Part shown: piece by piece, positions 39,301-54,300 of the stretch
How the letters are laid out: the number at the start of each line of letters is the position of its first letter
How positions within the stretch are numbered: the stretch's first letter is position 1
Assembly: GCA_965211995.1 (NCBI GenBank)
Contig: OZ243040.1
Coordinates: 1,362,163 to 1,426,162, forward strand
Source of the DNA: Candidatus Oxydemutatoraceae bacterium
GTDB taxonomy: Bacteria > Pseudomonadota > Gammaproteobacteria > Poriferisulfidales > Oxydemutatoraceae
DNA: 64,000 nt
Reading direction: 5' to 3'
Program-made: the position numbers and the translations under genes
The notes under the pieces: model-generated
Database searches by the model: none
What the model was told of the DNA's origin: nothing
Seen by the model: only the letters and a program-made list of their open reading frames with translations

Positions 39301-42300
39301 CGTCGCCTCAGCCGTCCCCCCCTGGCCGTCGCTCACCTCATAGATGAAATTCTCGGACACCGGCTCGTTGCCGTTGTGCTGATACGTGAACGTCCCGTCG
39401 CCGCCTATCGTCAATGTCAACGTGCCTTGCGTCGGCTCCCTCACCACGCTGCTGACGATTAAACCACCCTGCGCCGTATCCACGTCACTGTCGTTGGCCA
39501 GCACGCTCGCCGTCACACCGTCCGCCAGCATCGTCGCCGTGCCGCCCTCGGCCACCGTGATCGCGTCATCCATTGCCACCGGCGCATCGTTCGCGCCCTG
39601 CACCGTGATCGTCACCGTGCCCGCCGTGCCGTCCGCCGCCGTCACCGTGAACTCGTCCATCGGCGCTGCGCCCACGTTCAGCGCATCGGTGTCCTCGTCG
39701 TCGTTGTTCAGCCTGTAGGTCCACGCCCCCGTCGCCGTAATCACGAATGCCCCGTAGGTGCCCTGAACATCATCACCGGGCTGCGACACCGACGAAGCCC
39801 GGGGCGTTGACGCCGATGCGATCATATTCGCCCCGTCCACGTCGTCCACCATCCGCCCCCCCGTCGCCGTCATCTGCCCCGCGTCGTCCTCGGTCCCCTC
39901 GGTCACCGTCCCGGTGTCATCGCCGCTGAACACCGCCGCGTCGTTCTCCCCTATCACCGTAATCCTCACCGCCGCCATCGTCTGATCGTCCCCGGCTGCC
40001 ACCACTATGAATTCATCCACCGGATTGGTGCCTGCGCTCAATGCGTTGGTCACGACACTGTTCAGCGTGTAAGTCCAATCCCCCTGCGCCCTGATCTCGA
40101 ACCTCCCATAGTTCCCGTCCACATCGGACTGCACCACAAAAGTGTTGTCGCCGAACGGCGGATTAACGATCGTCAGACTCCTCTCCGCACTGGTGTCATC
40201 CTCGTTCACCGATACCACCAGATCGCCTGTAATCATCGGCACCGGCGTCACCGTCACCTCCACCTCCGCGGTCGCACTGTCGGCCCCGTCACTCACCGTC
40301 AGCATCAGCGTGACCCTCGTAGCAACCGACACTCCACTCGGTGCCATCCACATTGAGTCCTGCGCCACGTTACTGTCATTCGGAGCGAAACTGCCCACAT
40401 CCCCGGGCGTCCCATCCGCCAACGCCGCGCTCCACGTGTAGATCAGTAAGTTAGCCAAGGTTTCCATGTCTGTGCCCATGCCGCTTACCGACACCGTCCG
40501 GCCCGAAATCACCACTCTGTCCTCCGGCGCCGGCACCGTGATCTGCACCGTCGGCGGGTCGTTCTCCCCGGTGATCGTGATGGTCACCGTCGCCTCGTCA
40601 AACAAGCCCCCATTGTCCGTCACCTGGTAGATGAAACTGTCCGACGTCGTCTCGCTGCCGTCGTGGGCATAACTGAACGTCATGTCGGTGTTCAACGTCA
40701 AGGTGCCACCTTGGCCTGGCATCACCCCCCTCATCACGCTGACGGTTAAATCGCCCGGCGCCGTATCATCCACGTCCTCGTCGTTGGCCAGCACCTCCAC
40801 CACCACCGTGCCGCCCTCGACCACCGTCACACTGTCATCCATTGCCACCGGCGCGTCGTTCGCGCCCATCACCGTGATCGTCACCGTGCCCGCCGTGCCG
40901 TCCGCCGCCGTCACCGTGAACTCGTCCATCGGCACCGGTATCGTGCCCACGTTCAACGCATCGGTGTCCTCGTCGTCGTTGTTCAGCCTGTAGGTCCACG
41001 CCCCCGTCGCCGTAATCACGAATGCCCCGTAGGTGCCCTGAACATCATCACCGGGCTGCGACACCGACGAAGCCCGGGGCGTTGACGCCGATGCGATCAT
41101 ATTCGCCCCGTCCACGTCGTCCACCATCCGCCCCCCCGTCGCCGTCATCTGCCCCGCGTCGTCCTCGGTCCCCTCGGTCACCGTCCCGGTGTCATCGCCG
41201 CTGAACACCGCCGCGTCGTTCTCCCCTATCACCATGATCTCCACCGTCGCCATCGTCTGAGCGTCCCCGGCTGCCACCACTATGAATTCATCCACCGGAT
41301 TGGTGCCTGCGCTCAATGTGTTGGTCACGGTCGAGTTCAGCGTGTAAGTCCATTCCCCCTGCGCCGTGATCACGAACGTCCCATAGTTCTCGGCCGTCAT
41401 CGCGGTCTGCTCCACAAAATCGCTGTTGCCGAACGGCGGATTATTGATCGTCAGACTCCCCTCCGCACTGGCGTCATCCTCGCTCACCGATACCTCCAGA
41501 TTGCCTGCAATCACCGGCACCGGCGTCACCGTCACCGTCACCTCCACGGTCACACTGTCCTCCCCGTCATCCACCATCAGCGTCAGCGTGACATCCATAG
41601 CAACCGACACCCCACTCGGCACCGTCCACATTGAGTTCTGCGCCGCGTTATCGCTATTCGGAACAAACGTGCCTGCGGACGCCCCACCCTCAAACACCGC
41701 GCTCCACGTGTAGGTCAGATCGACCAGGTTGGTGTCCTCGTCGCCCCCGGTGCCCACCACCGACACCACCCGGCCCGAAATCACCACGTCCGGCACCGTG
41801 ATCTGCGCCGTCGGCGCGTCGTTCTGCGGGATGACATCAATCGTCACCGTGGCCTCGTCCGTTCCCCCTTCGCCGTCGTCCGCCAAGTAGATGAAACTGT
41901 CCGACGTCGTCTCGCTGCCGTCGTGCCGATAACTGAACATCCCGTTCGAATTCAGCGTAAACGCTCCCCTGTGGTTGGCCGGGAGAGTCACTATCGTGGC
42001 GGTTAAAACGTTATTATCCGCGTCCGTGTCGTTGGCAAGCACATCCCCGGTCACCATGCCGCCCTCGTCCACCATGAACTGGTCATCCACCGCCACCGGC
42101 GGGTCATTCTCCCCGGTGATCGTGATCGCCACCATCGCCTCAGCCGTCCCCCCCTCGCCGTCGCTCACCTCGTAGGTGAAACTGTCCGACCGCGGCGTCT
42201 CGCTGCCGTCGTGGGTATAACTGAACGTCCCGTCGTTATCCAACCTCAAGGTGCCTTCCGCCGGCTCCCTCACCACGCTGACCATTAAAGCGTCCTGCGC

Positions 42301-45300
42301 CGTATCCACGTCACTGTCGTTGGCCAGCACGCTCGCCATACCGTCTGCCAGCACCGTCGCCGTGCCGTCCTCGGCCACCGTGATCGCGTCATTCCTCGCC
42401 ACCGGCGGGTCGTTCGCCCCCGTCACCGTGATCACCACCGTGCCCGGCGTGCCGTCCGTTGTCGTCACCGTCAGCGTGTCCGACACCACCATCCCCTCAG
42501 CCAGCGCGTTCGTCGCATCCCGGTCGTTGTCCAGCATGTAGGTCCACGTCCCCATCGCCGTAATCATGAATGTCCCGTAGATGCTCCGAACCTCATCACC
42601 GGGCTGCGACACCGACGAAGCCCCGGGCGTTGACGCCGACGCGATGAGGTTGTCATCGTCCACGTCGTCCACCATCAGCACCCCCGTCGCCGCCGTGCGC
42701 GTATCATCACCCTCGGTCACCGTCCCGGTGCTCTCGCCGCTGAACACCGCCGCGTCGTTCGCCCCATGCACCGTGATCGTCACTGACGCCTCAGTGTTGT
42801 CCGTCGTCATCACCTGGAACCTCTCAATGACCGTATCGCCCCTGTTCAGTGCATCGGTTGCGGAGGAGGCGTTGTTCAGCCTATAACTCCAATCCCCGCC
42901 GGCTTCAAGATTGAACGTCCCGTACGTAGTGCTAGCATCAGACGGCGGCACAAAGTCAGCGGTCGTGTCAACCATCACCCTCCCCGCCGCCGTCGTGCGC
43001 GCCTCATCGTCCTCGAACACCTCTCCGGTGAGACCGTCAGGGGAGATCACCCCTGCTCGCACCCTGACCGTCACCGTCGCCTGATCCGTCGCGCCTTCCT
43101 CGTCCATCACCGTCAACGTGAACTCCAGATTCGTGTCCATGTCCACCAGCGGCGCCGTGAACGTCAGCATGGACTGATCCAAGTCAACGCCGGTGAGATC
43201 CGCCATCCCCCCCGACGACGTCTGCCCCCACCGATACTCCAGATCCTCGCTGGCCGTCTCCTCATCGGTTGAACCGCTCCCGTCGAGCGTCACCATCGCG
43301 CCCTCAGGCACTCCACCGATCGGCGGCGGCGCAATCATCGCCACCGGTGGGTCGTTCACATCATTGACCATAATAGTCACCACCGCCTCGTTGCTGTCCA
43401 AATCTCCGTCGTTCACCACGTAGGAGAAACTGTCCGTCGCCGTCGGCGTGCCGTTGTGCTGATAAGTGAATACCCCTGTCTGAAAGTTCACGGACACGAA
43501 TGTGCCAGAACTCGGCCCGCTCTGAAAAACAATGCTGATTGTTACCTCGTCCGGTATCAAATGATCCACGTCTCCGTCGTTGGTCAGCACATTCCCGGTC
43601 ACCGTACCGCCCTCGTCCACCGTGAACTCATCATTCACCGCCACCGGCGCGTCGTTCGTGCCGGTCACCGTAATCATCACCTGCGTCGTCAAACCGCTCT
43701 CCGCCCGCACCACGAACACCTGCTCGTTCACTTCCTGCCCCGCCCTAAGCGCCTCTGTGTCAGCGTCCCCGGAAGTCAGCGTGTACGTCCACGTCGCCGT
43801 CGTCGTGACGAACACTCCGTAGGTTCCTGTCGTCCTCTGCACCTCAACCTCGTCATCGCTATCCGGGTCTTCCACCCTCAGGCTGCCCTCCGCTGTGACC
43901 TGCGTATCCTCGATCACCCGCCCGGTGGTGTCGCCTGCAAACACCGGCAGGTCGTCCGCCCCCGTCACCGTGATCGTCACCGTCGCCATCGCCGACTCAC
44001 TCGCCGCCGTCGCATTCACCATGAACGTGTCATCCACCATCGCGCCCGCACTCAGCGCGTCGGTGTCCTCATCGTCGTTGTCCAGCGTGTACGTCCACAC
44101 CCCCGCCCCCGTGATACTGAACGTCCCGTAAGTCCCCCGCACATTCGACTGCACCGCAAAATTGCCTCCCTCCGCGTTCAAAAATACCACCCCCGTCGCC
44201 GTCGTGGTCACCGCGTCCTCGGTCACCGTCCCCGTCAGCGTGCCCCTCACCGCCAGCGCCTCCACCAACACCCTCGCCGACACCTCATCCGTCCCCGTCT
44301 GGTCGTCGTTCACCGTCAATGTCAACGTCACATTCCCCTCATTCCCCGGCACCGTCCACATCGGATCCTCAGCAGTCATATCGTCGAAACTGCCCGCATC
44401 GCCGCCGCCCTCGTGCTCCGCACTCCACACATAAGCCAATGAGTCACCGTCGTCCACGTCAGATCCCATCCCGTTCAAATCCACCACCTGCCCGACCGCC
44501 ACCGTCGCCGGCGCATTCACAATCTCCGCCACCGGATCGTCGTTCGTCCCCCCCACCGTGATCGTCACCTCCGCTGTCTCATCGCTCACCGCCGCCGCCA
44601 CCTGATACATCTCCTCCACCCGCGCCGAAGCCCCCAACCTCTGCGTTACCACATTGAAATTGTTCAACGTATAGGTCCAACTCCCGTCCGACCTCACCGC
44701 AAACTCCCCGTAAGTCTGCGTCGTCGTCGTCGCCTCAAATCCCCCGCGCGCGTTCAAAGTCAACGCACCCTCCACCGACAACGTTTGATCCTCGACCACT
44801 ACCCCCGCAGCCTCCCCGCTGATCTCCACCGCCACCACATTCACCGACACCACCTCCGTATCCGTCAAACCCCCACTGTCCGTCACCGTCACCGTGAACT
44901 CCAGCTCCGTGTCCGTGTCCACCGACGGCGCCACAAATGTCGCCATCACATTGGTATCACCCATCAAACTCAATATCGCCGTCCCCGTGTCCGTGCGCAC
45001 CCACTCATACCCCAACGACACATTCGCCGCATCGTTCTCCGGATCAGACGACCCACTCCCGTCCAGCACCACCGTCTCGCCCGCATACACCGGCTGCACC
45101 AATCCCGTCGCCGTCTCCACACCCGCCGCCGCCGCCGCCTGCGGCGCATTGTTCACTCCGGTGATCGTGATCGTCACCGTCGCCACGTTGGCGCTGTCCA
45201 ACTCGCCGTCGTTCACCATGTAGGTGAAACTGTCCGACGTCGTCTCGCTGCCATCGTGCTGATAACTGAATGTCCCGCTCGAAGCCAGCGTAAACGCCGC

Positions 45301-48300
45301 CCCCATGTGGTGGACCGGACCGGTCACCAACCAGGCGGTTAAACCGTCACCCTCCGCATCCGTGTCGTTGGTCAGCACGCTCGTCGTCATACCGTCCATC
45401 AGCACCTCCACCGTGCCGCCCTCGTCCACCGCGATCCTGTCACCCACCGCCACCGGCGGGTCGTTCACCCCAATCACCGTCACCGTCACCGTCCCCGTCG
45501 TGTTCGCCGCCGCCTGCACCACGAACTCATCATTCGGACGATCATTCTCATCCAACGCGTTCGTTGCTTCCCTGGTGTCGTCCAATTGATACGTCCATAC
45601 ATTATCCGTGATCGAAAGCGTCCCATACGTCCCTATGCCGTTCTCCCCGTCCGCCAGACCGAACAACACATCCGACGCATCCACGTTCACCGCCCGCAAC
45701 ACCCCCGTCGCCGTCGCCGACTCCGCGACATCCCCCGACGCCTCCATCACGGTTCCGCTCAATATCCCCCCGACCACCGGGTCCGACCCCGACGCGATCA
45801 CCTCCACATCCACATCGTCTCTCCCGACCCCATTCCGTGCGTCGGTCACCGCCAACTCGAACGTCAACGTCACGTCCCCGCTCAACCCCGCCGGCGCCTC
45901 GAACGTCGCACCCCCGCTATTATCATCATCCAACATCACGTTGTTGCCCGTGACGTCCGTCTGCCTCCAACTGAAAGTTGTCAACTCATCGCCATCCGGA
46001 TCCGTCGCGCTGCCACTCAATGTCACCACATCCCTCTCGCCCACGATCTGATCCCTGCCCGCGTTCACCACCGGCACGTTGTTAGTGTCCGCCTCCGCCT
46101 CCACCGTCACCGTCGTCGCATCCGACAGCCCGCCCGACCCCTGCTCGGTCACCGTCAACATGAATGTCAACACCTGGTCAACAGTCAACCCCGTCGGCGC
46201 CGTGAACGTCGGCCGCTCGGCGGCGGCATTAGGCAACAAACTCACGTCGGTGCCGACGACAACGTCCGTCTGAACCCACTCGAACGTCAACGCATCGCCC
46301 TCCGGATCGCTCGAACCGCTCCCGTCCAGTGTCACCACAGCCCTCGCGGCCGCGGTCGTCGTGCTCGCCACCGCCACCGCCGTTGGCGCGTCGTTCGCGC
46401 CGATGATCGTGATTACCACCGTCGCCTGCGTCCCGTCCTGCGCCCTCACCGTCAGCGTGTCCGTCACGCTGCTGCCCTCCGCCAGCGCGTTCGTCACTAT
46501 CCGGTCGTTGTTCAGTGCATACCTCCACCCCGTCACGCTTCCGCCTTCCTCGACGAGCGTGAACACCCCATACACCTCCGTCCTCGCCGCCGTCTCCACA
46601 CTCGTCGTCCCAACACTGTCCACGTCGTTCACCGTCAAAGTCCCACTCGCATCATCCGTCCCGTCATCCTCCGCCCCCGCCTCGATCACCTCTCCGCTCA
46701 AATCGCTCCCGCTGAAGTCCACCGCATCGTTCATCCCGAACACCATGACACTCACCGCCGCCGTCGTCCCGTCCATCGCCGTCACCGTGAACTCGTCCAC
46801 CGGCCTGTCACCCTCGTTCAGCGCGTCGGTCTCCGCGTCGTCGTTGTTCAGCGTGTAAGTCCACGTCCCCAACGCCGTGATCTCGAGCGTCCCATACGTC
46901 CCCACCACGCTCGACTCCTCGTTCGCAACGACCGGCTCCTCATCGCCGCTCGCCGCCACCAGCGTGATCACATCCTCCCCGTCCACGTCGCTCACCGTCA
47001 GCACCCCCGTCGCCATCGTCTGCTCCGCGTCCTCGAACACCGCCCCCTGCGGAACCCCGGCAAACACCGCCGCGTCGTTCGTCCCCTCCACCGTGATCCT
47101 CACATCCGCCGTCAACGTCCCGCCGCCGTCGTTCAATTCCGCCATTGCCGTGAATACGTCCTCCACGCTGTCGCCCTCACCCAGCGCGTCCGTGCGCGTG
47201 CTCATGTTCAGCAGCGAATAAGTCCATTCCCCATCCGTATTCAGAGTGAAACACCCGTAGGTCAGCGTCGTCCTCTCCCGCATCGTGAAAACGCCGCTCC
47301 CCCCGACGATCGTCAACTGCCCCGTCACCATATCCGGCCCCACGTCCTCGACCACCGTCCCCGTCACCGTGCCGCTGATCTCCGGCGTCACCGGCGCCGC
47401 CTGCACCGTCACCTCCGCCGTCGCCTCATCCGTCCTCCCCTCGGGGAGTTCGTCGTCGCTCACCGTCAATGTCAACACCACATTCCCCGCAACATCCGGC
47501 GCCCTCCACGTCGTATCCGCAATCTCCGCATTGCCGAAACCGCCCGCATCGCCGCCGCCCGTGCGCGCCGCACTCCACGCATAAGTCAATACGGCGTCCT
47601 CGTCGTCCACGTCAGATCCCATCCCCTCCAAACTCACCTCCTCCCCGACCGTCACCGTCGCCGGCGGATCCACAATCTCCGCCACCGGCGCGTCGTTCGC
47701 CCCCGTCACCGTGATCACCACCTCGCCCTCCGTGTCGTCCGCCGCCGTCACCGTGAACTCGTCCACCTGTGTGTCGCCCGCCCCCAGCGCTTCGGTGTCC
47801 AGGTTAATGTTGTCCAGCGTGTAGGTCCACAGGCCGTCCGCATCAATCTCGAGCATCCCATACACCCCCTCCACCGACGCCCTCGCCGGCGCAGCGACCT
47901 CCACCGCATTCCCCAAATCGCCGCTCGCCGCCACCGATGCGATGCGGTTCCCCCCGTCCACGTCGCTTACTGTCACCGTCACCGTCGCCGTCGCCGTCGT
48001 GCGATCATCATCGTCCTCGGTCACCTCCCCGGTGAGATCCCCGCTGAACACCGCCGGGTCGTTCGCTCCGGTCACCGTGATCGTCACATCCGCCTCAGCG
48101 CCGTCCGTCGTCATCACCCTGAACACGTCGTCCGCCGTGGCGCCCGCCCCCAGCCTGTTCGTCTCCACCCGGCCGTTGTCCAGCACGTACTCCCATCTCC
48201 CGTTGGCTTCAAGAGTGAACGTCCCGTACAGGCCGAGACTATCAGGCTGCGCCTCAAACCCAGCGCCCGTAGCCTCCGTGTTGACACTCACCGTCCCCGT

Positions 48301-51300
48301 CGCCGTCGTCGCCTGCGCGTCGTCCTCGGTCACCGCCCCGGCGAGATTCCCGCCGATACTGCTTGCCTGCACCGTGACCGTCACCTCCGCCTGACCCGTC
48401 GCGCCGTCCCCGTCCGTCACCGTCAACATGAACACCAGATCCGTGTCCCCGTCCACCGGCGGCGCCGTGAACATCAGCGTGGGCTGACTCGTGTCAATGC
48501 CGGTGAGATTCATCCCCGTCCCCGGCGGCAGCGCCCACTCGAACGTCAGCGAATCGTTATCCGCATCGCTTGAACCGCTCCCGTCCAGCGTCACCTCATC
48601 CCCCTCAAGCACATCGTCCGGCGGATCAGCAATCACCGCCACCGGCGCGTCGTTTATTGGTCCGATATCAATAGTCACCGTCGCCACGTCGGCGCTGTCC
48701 AACTCGCCGTCGTTCACCATGTAGGTGAAACTGTCCGACCGCGGCGTCTCGCTGCCGTCGTGGGTATAACTGAATGTCCCGTCCGAATTCAGACTAAATG
48801 GCATGGCGTGGGCCGGCCCACTCACCAACTCGGCGGTTAAACCGCTCCGATCCGTATCCGCATCCGTGTCGTTGTCCAGCACGCTCGTCTCACCGCTATC
48901 CAGCGCCGTCGCCGTGCCGCCCTCGTCCACCGCGATCCTGTCATCCACCGCCACCGGCGCGTCGTTTATTGGTCTGATCTCAATAGTCACCGTCGCCACG
49001 TTGGTGCTGTCCAACTCGCCGTCGTTCACCATGTAGGTGAAACTGTCCGTCGCCTCCTCGCTGCCGTCGTGGACATAACTGAATGTCCCGTCCAAAGCCA
49101 GCGTAAACGCCCCCGCGTGGTGGGTCGGAAGAGTCACCAACTCGGCGGTTAAATCGTCACCCTCCGCATCCGTGTCGTTGGCCAGCACGCTCGTCTCACC
49201 GCCCTCCAGCACCGTCGCCGTGCCGTCCTCGTCCACCGTGATCGTGTCATCCTCCGCCACCGGCGGGTCGTTCACCCCGATCACCGTCACCGTCACCGTC
49301 CCCGTCGTGTTCGCCGCCGCCTGCACCACGAACTCATCATTCGGACGATCATTCTCATCCAACGCGTTCGTTGCTTCCCTGGTGTCGTCCAATTGATACG
49401 TCCATACATTATCCGTGATCGAAAGCGTCCCATACGTCCCTATGCCGTCCTCCTCCCCGTCCGCCAGACCGAACAACACAGCCGACGCCTCCACGTTCAC
49501 CGCCCGCAACACCCCCGTCGCCGTCGCCGACTCCGCGACATCCCCCGACGCCTCCATCACGGTTCCGCTCAATATCCCCCCGACCACCGGGTCCGACCCC
49601 GACGCGATCACCTCCACATCCACCTCGTCTCTCCCGACCCCATTCCGTGCGTCGGTCACCGTCAACCGGAACGTCAACGTCTCTTCCCCGTTCGACGGCG
49701 CCGTGAACGTCGGCTGCTCGGCGGCGGCATCAGACAAACCCACGACGGTGCCGCCCGGCTGCTCCCAACTGAAAGTTGTCAACTCATCGCCATCCGGATC
49801 CGTCGCGCTGCCGCTCAGCGTCACACTATCCCCCTCACCCACGATCTGATCCTCGCCCGCGTTCACCACCGGCACGTTGTTAGTGTCCGCCTCCACCGTC
49901 ACCGCCACCGCCGTCGAATCCGACAGCCCGTCCAACCCCTGCTCGGTCACCATCAACATGAATGTCAACACCTCGTCATCAACCAGCCCCGACGGCGCCG
50001 TGAACGTCAGCTGCTGCACGTTGGTGACGACATCAGACAAAACCTCGCCCGGGCCGCCCGTCTGATCCCACTCGAACGTCAACGCATCGTCCTCCGGATC
50101 GCTCGAACCGCTCCCGTCCAGTGTCACCACAGCCCTCGCGGCCGCGGTCGTCGGGCTCGCCACCGCCACCGCCGTTGGCGCATCGTTCGCGCCGATGATC
50201 GTGATTACCACCGTCGCCTGCGTCCCGTCATCCGCCGCCACCGTCAGCGTGTCCGTCACGCTGCTGCCCTGCGCCAGCGCGTTCGTCACCTCCCGGTCGT
50301 TGTCCAGTGCATACATCCACTCCGTCACGCTTCCGCCGTCCTCGACGAGCGTGAACACCCCATACACCTCCGTCCTCGCCGCCGTCCCCACACTCGTCGT
50401 CCCAACACTGTCCACGTCGTTCACCGTCAAAGTCCCACTCGCCTCATCCGTCCCGTCAACCCCCGCCCCCGCCTCGACCACCTCTCCGCTCAAATCGCTC
50501 CCGCTGAAGTCCACCGCATCGTTCGCCCCGAACACCATGACACTCACCGCCGCCGTCGTCCCGTCCATCGCCGTCACCGTGAACTCGTCCACCGGCACCG
50601 GCATCGTGTCCACGTTCAGCGCGTCGGTGTTCTCGTTGTCGTTGTCCAGCGTGTAAGTCCACGTTCCCAACGCCGTGATCTCGAGCGTCCCATACGTCCC
50701 CTCCACCGACGACGCCGCCAACGCATCGACATCCTCCACATTCCCCAAATCGCCGCTCGCCGCCACCATCGTGATCACATCCTCCCCGTCCACGTCGCTC
50801 ACCGTCAGCACCCCCGTCGCCATCGTCTGCTCCGCGTCCTCGAACACCGCCCCCTGCGGAACCCCGGCAAACACCGCCGCGTCGTTCGTCCCCTCCACCG
50901 TGATCCTCACATCCGCCGTCAACGTCCCGCCGCCGCCGGTCAATTCCGCCATTGCCGTGAATACGTCCTCCACGCTGTCGCCCTCACCCAGCGCGTCCGT
51001 GCGCGTGCTCATGTTCAGCAGCGAATAAGTCCATTCCCCATCCGTATTCAGAGTGAAACACCCGTAGGTCAGCGTCGTCCTCTCCTGCATCGTGAAAACG
51101 CCGCTCCCCCCGACGATCGTCAACTGCCCCGTCACCATATCCGGCCCCACGTCCTCGACCACCGTCCCCGTCACCGTGCCGCTGATCTCCGGCGTCACCG
51201 CCGCCGCCTGCACCGTCACCTCCGCCGTCGCCTCATCCGTCTCCTCGCCGTCGCTCACCGTCAATGTCAGCGTCACAGCCCCCGCCTCACCCGGCGCCGT

Positions 51301-54300
51301 CCACGTCGTATCCTCAGACCCCACATTGCCGAAACCACCCGCATCGCCGCCGCCCGCGCGCGCCGCACTCCACTCATAAGTCAATGTGCCGACGGCGTCG
51401 TCCACGTCAGATCCCGTCCCGTCCAGAGACACCACCTGCCCGAACGTCACCGTCACCGGCGGATCCACAATCTCCGCCACCGGCGCGTCGTTCGCCCCCG
51501 TCACCGTGATCACCACCTCGCCCTCCGTGTCGTCCGCCGCCGTCACCGTGAACTCGTCCACCTGTGTGTCGCCCGCCCCCAGCGCTTCGGTGTCCGGGTC
51601 ACCGTTGTCCAGCGTGTAGGTCCACAGGCCGTTCGCATCAATCTCGAGCATCCCATACACCCCCGCCACCGACGCCGGCCCCGCCAGCGCATTGACCTCC
51701 ACCGCATTCACCAAATCGCCGCTCGCCGCCACCGATGCGATGCGGTTCTCCCCGTCCACGTCGCTTACTGTCACCGTCACCGTCGCCGTCGCCGTCGTGC
51801 GATCATCATCGTCCTCGGTCACCTCCCCGGTGAGATCCCCGCTGAACACCGCCGGGTCGTTCGCCCCGGTCACCGTGATCGTCACCTCCGCCTCAGCGCC
51901 GTCCGTCGTCGTCACCCTGAACACGTCGTCCGCCGTGACGCCCGCCCCCAGCCTGTTCGTCTCCACCCCGCCGTTGTCCAGCACGTACTCCCATCTCCCG
52001 TTGGCTTCAAGAGTGAACCTCCCGTACGTGCCGAGACTATCAGGCTGCGCCTCAAACCCAGCGCCCGTAGCCGCCGTGTTGACCGTCACCGTCCCCGTCG
52101 CCGTTGTCGCCTGCGCGTCGTCCTCGGTCACCGCCCCGGCGAGATTCCCGCTGATACTGCTTGCCTGCACCGTGACCGTCACCTCCGCCTGACCCGTCGC
52201 GCCGTCCCCGTCCCTCACCATCAACATGAACACCAGATCCGTGTCCCCGTCCACCGGCGGCGCCGTGAACACCAGCATGTTGCCCGTGTTAATGTCGGTG
52301 AGATCCACCCCCGTCCCCTGCAGCGTCCACACGAACGTCAGCAATGTGCTGTCCGTATCGCTTGAACCGCTACCGTCCAGCGTCACCTCCGCGCCCTCCA
52401 ACACGGGGGGCGTGGTCACCAACCTCGCCACCGCCACCGGCGCGTCGTTTATTGGTCCGATATCAATAGTCACCGTCGCCACGTCGGCGCTGTCCAACTC
52501 GCCGTCGTTCACCCGGTAGGTGAAACTGTCCGACCGCGGCGTCTCGCTGCCGTCGTGGGTATAACTGAATGTCCCGTCCGAATTCAGACTAAATGGCACG
52601 GCGTGGTCCGGCCCACTCACCAACTCGGCGATTAAATCGCTCCGATCCGTATCCACATCCGTGTCGTTGTCCAGCACGCTCGTCTCACCGCTATCCAGCG
52701 CCGTCGCCGTGCCGCCCTCGTCCACCGTGATCGCGTCATCCACCGCCACCGGCGCGTCGTTTATTGGTCTGATCTCAATAGTCACCGTCGCCACGTTGGT
52801 GCTGTCCAACTCGCCGTCGTTCACCCGGTAGGTGAAACTGTCCGACGTCGTCTCGCTGCCGTCGTGCTGATAACTGAATGTCCCGTCCAAAGCCAGCGTA
52901 AACGCCCCCCCCTCGTGGCGGGCCGGCCCATTCTCCAGTCTGGCGGTTAAACCGCTCCGATCCGTATCCGCATCCGTGTCGTTGGCCAGCACGCTCGTCT
53001 CACCGCCCTCCAGCACCGTCGCCGTGCCGTCCTCGTCCACCGTGATCGTGTCATCCACCGCCACCGGCGGGTCGTTCACCCCGATCACCGTCACCGTCAC
53101 CGTCCCCGTCGTGTTCGCCGCCGCCTGCACCACGAACTCCTCATCCGGATCATCATTCGTATTCAGCGCGTCCGTTCTCGTACTTGCGTCGTCCAGTTCA
53201 TACGTCCATACATCACCCGTGATCGAAAGCGTCCCATACGTCCCGATGCCGTCCTCCCCTGCCGCCAGACCAAACGACACAGCCGACGCCTCCACGTTCA
53301 CCGCCCGCAACACCCCCGTCGCCGTCGCCGACTCCGACTCCGCGACATCCCCCGACGCCTCCATCACAGTCCCGCTCAATATCCCCCCGACCACCGCCAC
53401 CGAGTCCGGCCCCGACGCGATCACCTCCACATTCACCTCGTCTCTCCCGACCCCATCCCGTGCGTCGGTCACCGCCAACTCGAACGTCAACGTCACGTCC
53501 CCGCTCAACCCCGTCGGCGCCGTGAACGTCGCATCCTCGCTATCATCATCAGTCAACACCACGTTGTTGCCCGTGACGTCCGTCTGCCTCCAACTGAAAG
53601 TTGTCAACTCGTCGCCATCCGGATCCGTCGCGCTGCCGCTCAGCGTCACACTATCCCCCTCGCCCACGATCTGATCCTCGCCCGCGTTCACCACCGGCAC
53701 GTTGTTAGTGTCCGCCTCCACCGTCACCGCCACCGCCGTCGAATCCGACAGCCCGTCCAACCCCTGCTCGGTCACCGTCAACATGAATGTCAACACCTCG
53801 TCATCAACCAGCCCCGACGGCGCCGTGAACGTCAGCTGCTGCACGTTGGTGACGACATCAGACAAAACCTCGCCCGGGCCGACCGTCTGAACCCACTCGA
53901 ACGTCAACGTATCGCCCTCCGGATCGCTCGAACCGCTCCCGTCCAGTGTCACCACAGCCCTCGCGGCCGCGGTCGTCGGGCTCGCCACCGCCACCGCCGT
54001 TGGCGTGTCGTTTATTGGTCTGATATCAATAGTCACCGTCGCCACGTTGGTGCTGTCCAACTCGCCGTCGTTCACCCGGTAGGTGAAACTGTCCGACGTC
54101 GTCTCGCTGCCGTCGTGCTGATAACTGAATGTCCCGTCCAAAGCCAGCGTAAACGCCCCCCCCTCGTGGCGGGCCGGCCCATTCTCCAGTCTGGCGGTTA
54201 AATCGCTCCGATCCGTATCCACATCCGTGTCGTTGTCCAGCACGCTCGTCTCACCGCTATCCAGCGCCGTCGCCGTGCCGCCCTCGTCCACCGCGATCCT

